From Ramazzottius varieornatus (lineage: Eukaryota > Animalia > Tardigrada), in NCBI GenBank assembly GCA_001949185.1, contig BDGG01000001.1, positions 6,906,325 to 6,970,324 of the forward strand: a stretch of 64,000 nucleotides of DNA, in the 5' to 3' direction. Shown piece by piece: positions 37,332 through 49,628 of the stretch (position 1 is its first letter; every line of letters begins with the position of its first letter). The notes under the pieces were generated by a model. The model did no database searches. It saw nothing but the letters and a program-made list of their open reading frames with translations, and was not told where the DNA came from. The translations under genes and the position numbers were made by a program.

Positions 37332-40300
37332 ATGACCGTGGAACCTCGTTACGTCACGACGGCCAGTATTTGCATGGGCGTGCGCGCCGGCAGCGTTGCC
37401 GCCGAAGCTAAGCCGATCCTCCAAAGTTCCCGTGCCTCCGCTCAGCTCTCCTCTTCCTCCTTCTACCACACCGCACAGCCCATCCATCCAGTCCTGCAAC
37501 GGCGTAACACCCCGCTGAACATAGCCCATCAACGTCGTCGTGTAACCCAGCCGGTGCCCATCACCTTTAGTCCACTGGACTTTCCCTGTACCGAGAACGA
37601 GAACCTAACATGCGACAAGACGGGCAAGATGCCCATCCCACCTCCTCGTACACCACGGTACAAATCCACCATCCAGCGCAACGTCTCACACAACGGCCTA
37701 CGCTCTCCCAAACTCTCCCCCAAACCGCGCAGAGCCAACCTGGGCCAAGCGCCCAACCCGATCACGACTACCACTACGTCTCGAAACAGTTCCTTCAGTT
37801 CGGTGAAAGATCTCCAATGGGAAGAGACTAGCACTCCCAAGATCTGTCCGATTCCCTCGTCGGAGACACCGCAGAAGGATGATCAGATGGGCGTCTACGG
37901 CACACTTGGCGGTAACGGTGACGTACGCGCTTCTCCTCGACGGGCAAAGTTTCACATTGACATTGCACCTATCGTCCAAACTGTCAAGGACTCTCCGCCG
38001 GCTTTGCCAAAGGCGGGCCGAACGAACGCCGCAGCCCGGATACGTAAAGTCCTCACCGCCCCTCCGACCTATGTCAACCAGCAAGACATGCAACTGGTAC
38101 CAAAGCTTGACGGCCAACCTCGACAAAGCTTCGATGAGATCGTCGATGAAATCTTCAAGACCATCGGTACTGAACAGTCAGCCAAGCCTGCTTCGCCCTA
38201 CCCGGAATACGCTCAGCCCAATGTTCGCCTGTCTGCCGGTCAGCGTCAGGATCAAGGAGCGACCAGGCAGGACTACACCTACGCCTGGAATCAACCGCGC
38301 GTACGCCACCAGGAGGAATATGTCAGTGTGGTCGAAGACAACGACAACGACGAGGTAAGCAAGCCTTCACAGTCTTGATCGATGTCTTCCTGCATTTAGT
38401 GAGCTGTGAAATGAGGCAGTTGTTTGGCAAATTAGCGTAATTGCTGTTACGACATAGGCATAATAATGGTGTTTAGTGCGCAATGGCATGCACTTCAGGT
38501 ATGGGTTACCGTGGTGTACGGCCGCAGTCTTTTGTAGTGGCGAACCAGTTTGAAGTGGCAAAGTTATGGTTTCTCGTTTAGTAAAGGTTACCTGAAACCA
38601 GTCATCTCCTGGTCGGTTATTGTAGTCGATAAATGCACTGAAGTCGGTACAGTGCAGTGTAAATCGGACCATTATTAGCAATTGTTTTGTTTGACTCTGA
38701 CCTGAACTGTCAGCGACAGTTGGCAGATGAAATGAAGCAGTGAAATTTATTGACTGGCTGTACTGCTCTACATTTTAGCGCTACTTTCGGTAGGATCGAG
38801 TAGTGACGGAGCAAAGTTTGAGAAATCATGACGGATTGCTGAAGGCACATTTGACGCTTGAAAAGCGGCACCAACTGTGGTGTGGTACGCAGTTTCCCAA
38901 AGCGGTAAAAACTGAAAAATACGTTGAAATAATCTTCACTCAATTGAATTTACAAATTACCGCCGTATAGTTTTCGCTCGTTTGCACTCAATTTGTAGAA
39001 CCAATGGCGTCAACAGCTGTCCTCTAAGATTATGTGAAAATTGGTTTCGAGGTTCTAATTGAAAAACGCGAAAGTGTGCAGCAACTGAATTGCTTTTACG
39101 TGTGTTGGGTTTTTTTTTCAATGGTGGTGTTTAACTGTGCGGAATTTTCACAAAGATGAAATTCAAGAGCTGAAGTGGGGGAAACCTGCGAGCGAGGCAA
39201 TCGTTGCATGAGATCCTTGAGGTTGAAGTGACAGTGTTGCGGTCAAAGCCTCTAATACCAAACATTGAAAAAGTGTCCGTCTAGCTCGGCGGAGGAACCT
39301 GACAGCCTGGCATTAATTGCTCTTGTTTGACAAAGAGAGTCAAAGACTGACTGACGAACTGGAAGGTTTTCTCGAGGAGAGCGGAGATATATTTGTCCAG
39401 TGGCTCCAAAGTAGTTTACATTGGCCAGTTGAGACGGACTAGATCAATAACGTGCGCTGAAGTGTCCAAGAACAAAAGGATGCAACAAGCTTGCTGCTTA
39501 CGTCGATGGAGCCCCTTCACTGTACCGACGGTACAATGTTCTGCCAAGAAAATAACGACAACAAGGGAAATTATGGCTGGTCAGCCATACGTGACGATAA
39601 TAAGGCAAGTCGAGACTTAATTAACACATTTCTTTCGGTCATGTTGAGGCAACGCTCGGCTGCTTTATTCGATCATCGCACCTCGACGTACACGCGATGC
39701 TCAGCCAAGCAGGAACCCCAAATACCGGCGCTCGGGTTCGTCGAAGCTAGACGAATGGTGGATATATCCAAAACACCATGCATCCGTCCGCCGTCAACGA
39801 TCTCCGATCAATGCCTTCCTTTATGTAACGCACCCGTACGCGTACACGGAAACTTTTTTATGAAGAGTGGTAACCGCTACAGTCCCTGCTTTATTGGCTT
39901 GTTTGAACGGGCCAAAAAACAAAGGGCTAATTCGAACCGGAAACAAACAGCAACCTTCCGTCCGATCAACGCAGCCGATACAATCAACCACAAAATATCC
40001 CATGTGTTACTTCCTTGTTGGTTGGCTTTTTCGTCTGAGGACCAAGGTGGACATATGGACATTTTTACACGATAGTTTGCATTCGCAACACTGTAGAGTA
40101 AATTCGCTAGAATCTTGCTTGGGTAACGGCCACTAGTGGAAGGCTCAGGAAATGGTCCGTGGAACAAAATTTATTAAAAGATGGCGTACTGTTCCTACGC
40201 GAAGGCGGAGGGGTTGAACTCTTCTCACGGGCGAAGCTTCTGATGTGAAGCATCAGCCATGAATGTGCATCTGCGGAAGCATATCAGCCTAGATTATTTG

Positions 40301-43300
40301 CCCCGCAGAATTAAACCTGTCATAACAATAACAGCAATCTTTCAATATCTGCATTGCAAATGCCGTAGGCAAATTCAGACGCTGATCTAATTTGCTCTAA
40401 CAGGTAAAATCACCTGCGAACTGATACACCTCCTTTCAGGCTTTCACATCAGTTTTGATCACAGGTCCAGCTGTATGAATTACGGCTTTGAGATTGTCCA
40501 AGAATGCGCCTATGCAAAGCTCTTTCATCGACTGTCCGATTTTAGCTACAGCTATTAAGCCACAATTTTTGCTTTACCGCCTTATGCCGTACGACCGTCT
40601 TTGATGTCACAAAATCTACAATGACTATGACCAAAAACTTTTTATTACAACCGTTTGTCGCGTTCTTGGCCCACTTTCCAGTCATCTTTTTTACTTTATC
40701 GATCGCGCACTGTCCATCGTTACCGAAAGTTCTTCGCCGACTATCCGGTCCGGTTCTTCTCTCCAAACGTGGTCAAAAATTGTGCAGCTGAAGAATTCTC
40801 GTCTGTTGTCTCTCAATAACCCTATGTTACAAACCGTGTGGTTCTTGAATTCTGAATTTTGTTGGACGAGGAACTGTAACGGGGACGCGGAACTTGCTCT
40901 ACGGACTCTTCTACTCGCCTGTCTTCTACAATGTGTTCTCAAAGGAAGAACATCAATGCACCTGGAATATGCAAGTTACTCGAGGTTTGTGCATGACCGC
41001 GTTTGTCCGTACGTCCATCTTGGTCAAGTTTCAATTGTGGCAGAACAGGCTTCTTGAGCTCGGTCAAAACAGTGACCACCTGTTGAGTCAACCTGCCGAT
41101 AATTTAGGAAAAGATGTATCGAGCAGCTGTCACATCTTCAAGCTGTCTTCAAGGTACAGTGCTGGTCGCACTTGGTATGGCACGCTCGCGGTTACCACAC
41201 CGGTGCGCCGCTTGATGCAGAAAAAGAGTGCTTTCTCCTCACGCGAACCACCTTCTCGAACTGGAATCGCGTGTCGTGCAGTCGTCTTCGACTTCTTTCA
41301 GCTTCCGGTTCTCTCCACCTTCAGAGGAAGGCTGTCACTGGATGTGACGTCAGAGGTCTCCCAGTGTTCTTTACTACCGATAAACATTTGCATATTTGGG
41401 CGTGATCGTAACGACGATAAGACACGCACACTGGCATGACGATGCAGTGAGGCATGCGCCAGTTGGAATGGGTGCTGGGCCAATGGCCAGTAATTGTGAT
41501 AAGGGTGCAGTACTGCACTTGGTGGTCGTTTCACATGTTCCAAATTCTTGAAATTTGACACTTGATCGTCAAATCAGCCCCCTACTTTACAAGAATGTCG
41601 TGTACAGCTGTGGGCTAGTCTAGACCGCAGAGAAGTGGAGAGCACTGCGGGGCGTTGAGTGAAATACTGCTACACCGTTACACAGCTGGCCCTGGCAAGC
41701 CTCGCATGGATACCTCCACTTCCTGTTAGCATCTTTAGCCTTTGTTTAGCGCTTGCCACCATTCTCTCGTCTGCCACTACAGTTCAGATTCATTGTCTAA
41801 GTTACTAGACTTATCGCTTCAAAGGCTTGACTGCACTGCAAGCTAAATTAGCTCTGTGAAAATTTCAATGATTGTGGGAAAAAGATCGGGCAACGAGTTG
41901 TTTTGCTCATTGAGCTCATCGATACTGGTTTTCATGTTCCCGGATATTTTTTCTAAACATCGAACTGGAGTAACAACGATGAAACTCTTTCCCGGATATG
42001 AGCGGTAGGAAGAATTTTCAGACTCTGAGTTCCTGTTTCGAAGTGCGATTATCTTGTGTTATTAGGTTTATTTACTGTATCTTGTGTTGTGCGTCCGTCC
42101 AAGTGGGTTGTCGGTGCATGTTTTCGAAATATGTCGTTTGACTGGCTTTGCGTTCTTTCGAAAGAATCCGAAATAAAATGTGTATTATCGAACAGCAGCT
42201 GAAGATAAGGCCTTTTAACTGGCCATAAATCGGTATAAGCCATCGTCGGAGATCAAAGCTGGTCAGAGATTACGGGCTTGAAGAATGTTTTGACGGAGGT
42301 TGTGGGAAGGCGGAGCAGATCTGTCTGGCGGACAATAGGGCAAATCGTTGAGTCAACAATATTTTGTAGTGTAAATCAACATTTAAGCTGTTTGCCTTTC
42401 TTACGTTGATTGCCAGGTCGGCCTCAAAAATTTCTTGGTTGTTGGTTGACTACCTGAACGCTTCTTTTTTGTGCGCAGCTTTTCGCCGCCGCCAAAGGCA
42501 TAACTCGAAGCTTGTATCACAAGAATCCAACACGCGTCTTTTTGATTTCTGGCAGGAATTGATGGAAGATCGGACCAAGGACTTGAAAGTTTCCCCACCG
42601 GTATACTGTCGCGTGAGCCCAGCAGCCAGCACTAAACCCGTCGGACTTCCGTTACCCATCGTCCACCGATCCAAATCGGATGTCGGCCGTGACAAATTAC
42701 GTGCTAAACGCCGCTTATCCTCACTGATGCCAAGTGCCATTACCGTACCAGATCATCTGTACCTACAACGTGCCAAAGAACCCGTCAACCTGGAGTGGAT
42801 GGAAGAAAGCACCGAGGTGCATTACAGCCCCTCGCACCACGATGAGAACCATCCGGCCAACAATGTCATGCAAAGGATGCGCAAGACCTTGACTAACCTC
42901 CGCAGTGGCGTCATGGCGCGGATGCAGAAGGCGCCGAACTATACAAGGAAAAGCTCCTGCCCGGTGGACTTTGCCGAAGAAGTCTACTGTCCTGACAGCT
43001 GGTGCGTACGGTAATAGTAAATAAGTAGCCTGGTATGGAAAAAAGACCCGAATTCAAAATGTCAAATTGCACTTCTTGAATTGTATAGGTCTCTTAATGT
43101 GTTGAAGCGACGTCGCATGGATCAGGTGCAGACTGTCGGCAATTTTTCTGTTTCGATTATGCCTATGAAACTCTCTTGTCTCGACAAATTATGTTTTCAA
43201 ACTAAATTATTACAGTTTTGCGTACCGCGAACCGTGCGAGTAGTGGTCAGTGATTTCGTTTGTTCATAATGGTTGTTTTTACAGTGTATTTTACGACGTG

Positions 43301-45674
43301 GAGAAGCACGAAGGTCTTCTGAAGCCGGTCGACCCAGCCAAGAACCTCTGCCGTCCCCGAAAGCCCACTAGCGCCGACAGCGGTATCGTCGATTTGGGGC
43401 TTCGCGAAGATGGCGACGACGCTTCCGATTCATTGCGTCATGGACGACCCACTTCGTCGGACTATTCATCGAACTCGCCCATGCGGCGCTCGCGAAGTCA
43501 GCCACCCGGTCGTCTAGTTTCCTTTGCTGAGCTAGTAGTGCCGGCCACCACCAACACCGACCGCGACGATAAGTCTAGTGATCTGGACCGAAGTGTCTCG
43601 GCTCGCTCTTCGAGGACCTCCGAGCTGTCCAGTGGTGGGTCCTCAGGTTCTCCGGTGCAAGACAACAAGAATGGCGGCGCCAGCACTCAAGAGCCACAAG
43701 CGGCCAACAATCCTCTGTACATTGAGTCCTTGTGGTCGCAAGTCAAGTATGAAGTGGATTGTGAACAACACATATCCGAGTGCTCACTTGAAGGCATGCG
43801 GGCCAATGTCGTGCGTGAGATCGTCAAGAATGAACGCGACTTTGTCAGCAACCTCAAAGATGTCATTGAAGGTAAACTTGCACATCTCAAACTAACTTTC
43901 GATCATTCCAGAAACCGCACGAAAACAAAGGTGAAGTGGGCGAATGAACTGGACCAGGTTATCACAAGTGGCGCACGTTTTCCCCTGTATTGGGCCGGAA
44001 GTGTGCGTCACTTGGGAAAGCATCTGGTTTAGCAGTTGCCCACGTTCCGGATGATGTTAAGTGCGAACAAAAATCGCAGAGAAATTCCTCTGATTCAACG
44101 AAATCTTTGTGTGGTTCAACCGAGGCATATTCGACGACAGTACAAGCAGCACTAAAAACGACGAATCCCGGCTTTCCATCGTTTATCTGTTAGGTTATCT
44201 GTACAAATGCCGCCAAAGACCCGACATGTTCTCCAAAGGCCGGATAGAGTGCATATTCGCCAACATCGAGCAGCTCTACGAGTTCCAGTGTGAGTTCCTC
44301 GCCGATCTCGAAGCCTCCATTAACGTCAACAACATCCACCGCAGCGAGATCGGCCACTGTTTCCTCCTGCATCAGCGCGGCTTCTCCGAGCTGTACTCGG
44401 ACTATTGCAACAACCACACCCAGTCTACCGCAGAACTCCAGCAGCTGAAACAGATTAAGCAATATGCGCACTTCTTCGAAGCCTGTCGTATGCTACAGGA
44501 AATGGTAGAGATCTCCTTGGATGGCTTCCTCCTCCAGCCCGTGCAGAAGATCTGCAAGTACCCACTGCAGCTCACTGAATTGCTCAAACAGACTGCTGAC
44601 GACCACCCTGATTGTCAAAGCGTCAAGCTGGCCCTGAATGCCATGAAGAACGTCACGGGTCTGATCAACGAGCGGAAACGAAGGCTGGAATGTCTGGAGA
44701 AGATCGCTCTGTGGCAGGAAACCATCGACATGTGGGAAGGTAAACAATGCGCAGTCGTAGCCATTGAACGTCCAACACCGTTGCTTGACTATTAATTTTT
44801 ATGTTTTGTTATTGCTGGTTACTGAAGCAGCAATGTGGCGTGATCGGTCAATCAGCATCAAACGGGTGTATGGTTATTGAGTACTTTTGTAGCAACAGAA
44901 AAAGATCTGCTTCATGTTCGCCCTTGTTGACTCGGCCTCTGTCTTTTCAGTTGAAAACACTCGGACAGTGTTTTCTTACCCTCTTGTTGTCCTTTCAGGT
45001 GACGATCTGGTCGAACAAAGCTCGCAACTGATCCATTACGGCGATCTCAGCAAGCTGTCCAACGCCAACAGGTGGACGCACGATTACACCTTCTTCCTCT
45101 TTGACCATCAGCTCATCTACTGTCGCCGCGACATGCTCAAGCGAACTCTGGCCTACAAGGGTCGCTTCGACCTGGACTACATCGAAGTCCTGGACATCGA
45201 ACAGAACGACGCAGGGGTGAAGCACGGATGGCTGCTGGTCTGTCCGGATAAGGAGTCCGTCATGGTCCTCGCCAAGTCTTTCGAAGAGAAGCGACGCTGG
45301 CTGGAAGCTTTCAAAGAAGAAAGGCGAAGAGTCCACAGTGATATGGCTCATGGCTTCAATATCGCTGCCAAAGATCGTCTAGCAGCCATTCAGATTGCCA
45401 AGACTCTGACCGCAGGGAAAGAGAAGCGATCGAAAACGAAAGGTGCGTTTGTTCATCAGGGAACTCCAGTTCTTGCATGTCAAAAAGTCATTCAAGTTTT
45501 GTTTCGTCTCTTGCAGATGCCTTGAAGGATCTCACGGACCATACGCAGCTAGTGCAAGCCATGCGTTCAAAGAGCCTCAGTATGACACTTCCGGTGCGAA
45601 TAAAGGCTAATCAAGCCAGCAAGAACCCTTTCTCTGGCCGACTGCCATCCTTCGGAGGTCCTCGAAAGCTTTGA
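37332..45674 (+). CDS. Rho GEF of the ARHGEF4/ARHGEF9/SPATA13 (Asef/collybistin) family
   Basis: Phase-compatible exons at 37332-38354, 42556-43001, 43285-43871, 44193-44739, 44999-~45442 and ~45517-45674. DH domain (MRANVVREI...GFLLQPVQKICKYPLQL) followed by a PH domain (FFLFDHQLIYC). Confidence 0.88.
43932..44048. repeat. Palindromic MITE-like element (RhoGEF intron)
   Basis: CAAGTGGCGCAC-N26-GTGCGTCACTTG. Confidence 0.8.
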
Positions 45675-46071
45675 TTTTCAAGTTTACGACGCTATGACCT
45701 GCTTCCCAAGTTCAAGTTTTCAGAGCTCTTTTACAAACTTTGCACAAGCGTTTTTTAGTTCCCTTGCAAGCCTAGAGTGTTCCTGGCGTCTTCCAAACCT
45801 ATATGTAGTACTGCATTTTCACGCAAATGCGATGCTATACCCGGTAAAAGTCTGAAGGTTTATTTCCGACATCGAAGATCCTTCTCCCTTCAATTCGATC
45901 TATGATAGCAAATCTCGCCGGAAGAAGGTGACATTTGCTGGCAATGAGTGACCAACACAATCCCTTTAATCTTTGACCCGTTCAAACTTCCCCGCGAAGT
46001 CGGGATGTAAGTACCGAACTGACGAAGGATGGAAAGAGATATGTCCGTAAGTAAAACAGAAAGAAGAATAT

Positions 46072-46878
46072 TTAAATGTGAGAAGGATACATCATCTGCA
46101 AAGAAGAAAAGAACACTCTCCTGAGCCATAAGCCATTGAAGCCACGTGTAAAACTTGATTGCGCATTGTTGATTGAGCAAAAGGGAACAGCATAGAAAAC
46201 TTACCACTCTAATCCGTCTTCCCATGGCGGTCGGTGGAAGGTTCTTTCGGAACTTGGCGCGTACAACACCACTATTACCGTGAGGGCGAGTGATCTTTCC
46301 CCAGATGACACGGAGACGGGACTTCTGTTTACTGCCAGGAACAGATGTGGGTCTGAAAAGAAAGCGTACATTAGTGACTGATCCACCGCATGCTACACCC
46401 AATCAATCAACAAATAACCAGATGAAATTTTCACAGAAATATTCAACCGGAAATCAGTCTGCCAGAGTTGAACAGACACCAATCTCTCCCCTTCACATCG
46501 TGAAAACTTACGTCTTAGCTTTATAAACGTATGCAGCACGTTTTCCAAGGTAGAAATGGGCATCTTTCCTCGACTGAACACCTTCTATCTTCACGAGGGA
46601 AGTGTTTTCATGTTGATTCCTCAAGCCACGTTGAAATCCGACAAAGACAGCCTTAGAGTAGAGTCTGCAACACACAAAAAGTACGTTAGATCTCCTGGAA
46701 TCTACAGGTACGTTCTCGCATCTTTCTTGCCCCGGAAAATAGGACTGTGCATCTTCTTGAAAGTAACGGAAGTCAAAGTAGCGACTGGATACACATGGAG
46801 GAGATCTTACCGGCCAATGCGACCACCAGATTTCGATCTGGTTGCGGTCTCGGGAGCTTTGGTGGGTGCTTCAGCCAT
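46072..46878 (-). CDS. RPL35A: 60S ribosomal protein L35a (eL33), 4 exons
   Basis: GR|[21 protein letters not shown]...FYLGKR...|[21 protein letters not shown]...IRV|MMYPSHI-TAA. Confidence 0.96.
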
Positions 46879-47408
46879 GGCTTCGAGATATGGGTTCCTG
46901 GATAATGGTTCAAAATGAAGGAGATGCTAGATCTCTGGAATAACGTCGCAGAAGAACACCTCGCACAGGAACCTCGCGAAGAACTTTCTCTGCAGAATCG
47001 CAAAACGAAATTATAATTTATAAAAATATAAAATCGATAGCGTTCGATTCGTTCTTAGTGTTCCTTTGTGATTTTGTGGTGGAACCAACTGAACTCTCGA
47101 CTTGGTACTGATGACTCATTGTGTGTTTGGGTGATGTAATATACTCGAGGCAGTAAAACCGGTTGACATGACAAAAGCGATCGTCGCTTCTGCGGGCCTT
47201 TCTTCTGTGACGAATGCAGGATGAAATTTACTTTGACGAAGCGAGCCTGCTTTCCCGAAAAGCACAACAAAAGCGCGAAGCAGCAGAAATTCCTTTCCTT
47301 CTCGCTTCCAGATTCTCACACTAAGTCCCTGCTTCTTGTTCCTGTTTCTTGCAAATTCCTGCATGTCTGCACGATTTGACCTTCAACCTGTTTTCTTCTT
47401 TTTAGGCG

Positions 47409-49171
47409 GTGATGGAGTTGCTGGCCGGTGTGATGTTGCTCTTCTTGGCGACGGCAGTGGATGGAAGTGGAAGGGGATCTGGATGGAACCTCGAAGCGGA
47501 TCGGAGAAATCGCATCCTTAAAGATACCTGGACAAAGGACTTCAATCCACACAAGACGCTCGACGTTCGACCTAATGCTGGTTTCTCCACCGTCAAGAAG
47601 GCGTATCTCAGCCTTCGGCAGCAGTCCTCGTCGCGTCCGCAGCCATGGAAAGCTGATCATGCCTATGCGATGGTATAGCCAATGGCGCATTTATTCTCCA
47701 CATTCCAGCAGATTTATCTATTGGAACGTTTGGTAATGTTTTCTCTTTGTAGTTCACCGAGCAGCACATTGAAGAGAATCACATCACCCAGGCCGAAAGA
47801 CAGTCCATGTCCATGAACGAAGCTATCGACGACCTTCCGAAGTCTTGGATCTTCCTTGGAGTTTGCCTCGTCGTCGCAGCCCTCTTAATTATTATAATCA
47901 GACAGCACTTCGCTCCGGAAGAACCCCTTACCGTCAGCACATTTTTCCTGGACGTGACAGCTGACCTGTCAAAGTCAGAGCTGGACGATGCCTTTACCGA
48001 AGAAGCAACACTTTCCACGCCTTGCCTCGTTAACACTCCTCCAGCCCAGCGTCTCTTCCCTCCCATGAACTAGACGGAGTTACTATCGACGAGAATCTCC
48101 CTGTTGATACTCCGCAGGTCGTGGCAGACACGCTGAATGACACGGCTACGAGCGACGTTTCCGGCGATGAGGAGGCCGCTATGGTCTCAGACTCGGAGAC
48201 GGATACGGAAGCCTTTCCTCATGGACCCACTTCACTAGAAAGCAACAAAGAAAATCACAAAGTGGTAAGAGTTCACAACTACATGAACTGTTTTACAGTC
48301 ATTTCGTTGTTGAACAATCTGAGAGCTCGGCAAACAAGCTCGATACGATGGTTTTACCAAGTGGCGCACGCTCCCAGCCATAACGAGAAAACTGTTTCGT
48401 TCTGTTTAACATGTGGCTCGATTTTTCGTAGGATGCTGATGGCGGCTTTCGGGACAGTAGCTATCCGAAGACGGTAGTCTGGGCGAGACCAGGTATTCAA
48501 GAATATCCATCCTCACCAAACCGAAGCGCACTACTAAGAACCCTCGTCAAGTTCCCTTGCATAAATCCGGCAAGACTATTGCCATGCCTGTCAAGTCGGA
48601 CGAGCTACCACCTGTGGTACCTGTCGAAACTTTCTATGGTGTGTACGTTGGAAGACGGGAAGGATGTGTCTTTTTCTTGGTCACGGAGACGAGTGAGTGA
48701 TGGAACGATTGAGAACTGGGACCTAGGCAAACAAACTCGACAGGATTGTTTTTTTTAAGTGGCGCACGCTTCAAGCCACAAACACTGAAAACGTCCGTCA
48801 CTTGAGAAAACGGTCTTTTCCAGAATGCCTGCTAAAACCCAGTTTAATTCTTTCTACGTGATGTTCCACTTATGGTAGCATTCGTTTTCCTGTTTGTAGG
48901 ACACGGTTTCGGAACGCGAATGATCTCTCAGTCTACATGGAAGGCTCGATGCGAGTTATCGTCGGACGCAGCTCGTGTCGCAGCGGACAACTTTGTGGAG
49001 GCAAACGGTCTCAAGGAAGGAAAGACACCATGCCGGCTAGCGGAAGCTGGCAAAGTACTCAAGGCACAAACCGGGCACACCGAGATAGGGCTCAGAAAAT
49101 GGGCGGCTGACATGGCCAGCCTGGGAAAGAGGACCTGTGAATGTGCGCGCGCTCGTCGGAAGGAGATTTAA
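47409..49171 (+). CDS. Uncharacterised single-pass membrane protein: signal peptide, J-domain-like segment without HPD, TM helix, acidic tail
   Basis: Hydrophobic N-terminus MELLAGVMLLFLATAVDG; FNPHKTLDVRPNAGFSTVKKAYLSL; TM WIFLGVCLVVAALLIIII; further GT-AG exons to 49171. The frame junction near 48030-48117 is unresolved. Confidence 0.5.
48321..48410. repeat. Internally deleted copy of the palindromic element (intron)
   Basis: Full left arm GAGCTCGGCAAACAAGCTCGA...CAAGTGGCGCAC; right core arm deleted. Confidence 0.8.
48717..48842. repeat. Palindromic MITE-like element (intron)
   Basis: Arms plus 25-nt spacer. Confidence 0.8.
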
Positions 49172-49628
49172 TGTGTAGAGCCTTCTTGTTAATACGGAGC
49201 TTTCTTCTGTTTGATCGTTCTAGATCTTCCCTTGGTACTTCGTCTGATAAAATCGACGGTATTTCTTTTGTTTTTATTTTTAGTTTTCTTGTAAAGAATC
49301 TCTCTCAGGGGCTTGAGTCAATAGTCCCAGTCTTTTAGCTGCTTTTTAAGAATCATTTTAATTTGGAAAAATGATTCTTTGCTTGAAGTTTACTCTGTTG
49401 TCGTTTATTGTCGCTCTTGTCTTTATCGTTTGTTACGTTACTGTATGTGGAATATACCCGTACTTTGATGGAATTTAAACTGAAGTAGATTTATGCTCGA
49501 GTTTATTTACCGTTATGGGAATACTATCATCAGGAATAGTTCCGAGAGAAGACCAGTCTGTACAGTGTCAAGAATCAGGAAGCAAACCATCGTCGATTCA
49601 CGCGAACGAAAATAAAGTAATGTGTCTG

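Noticed and set aside
38400-42500. ORFs of 100-190 aa inside the large RhoGEF intron (e.g. 39491-40075, 40894-41439)
   Set aside because: No motifs, atypical composition, and flanking RhoGEF exons already join in phase without them.
46097-46810. snoRNAs in RpL35A introns
   Set aside because: No canonical terminal C (RUGAUGA)/D (CUGA) pair or convincing H/ACA layout was seen by eye; a covariance-model search would be needed.
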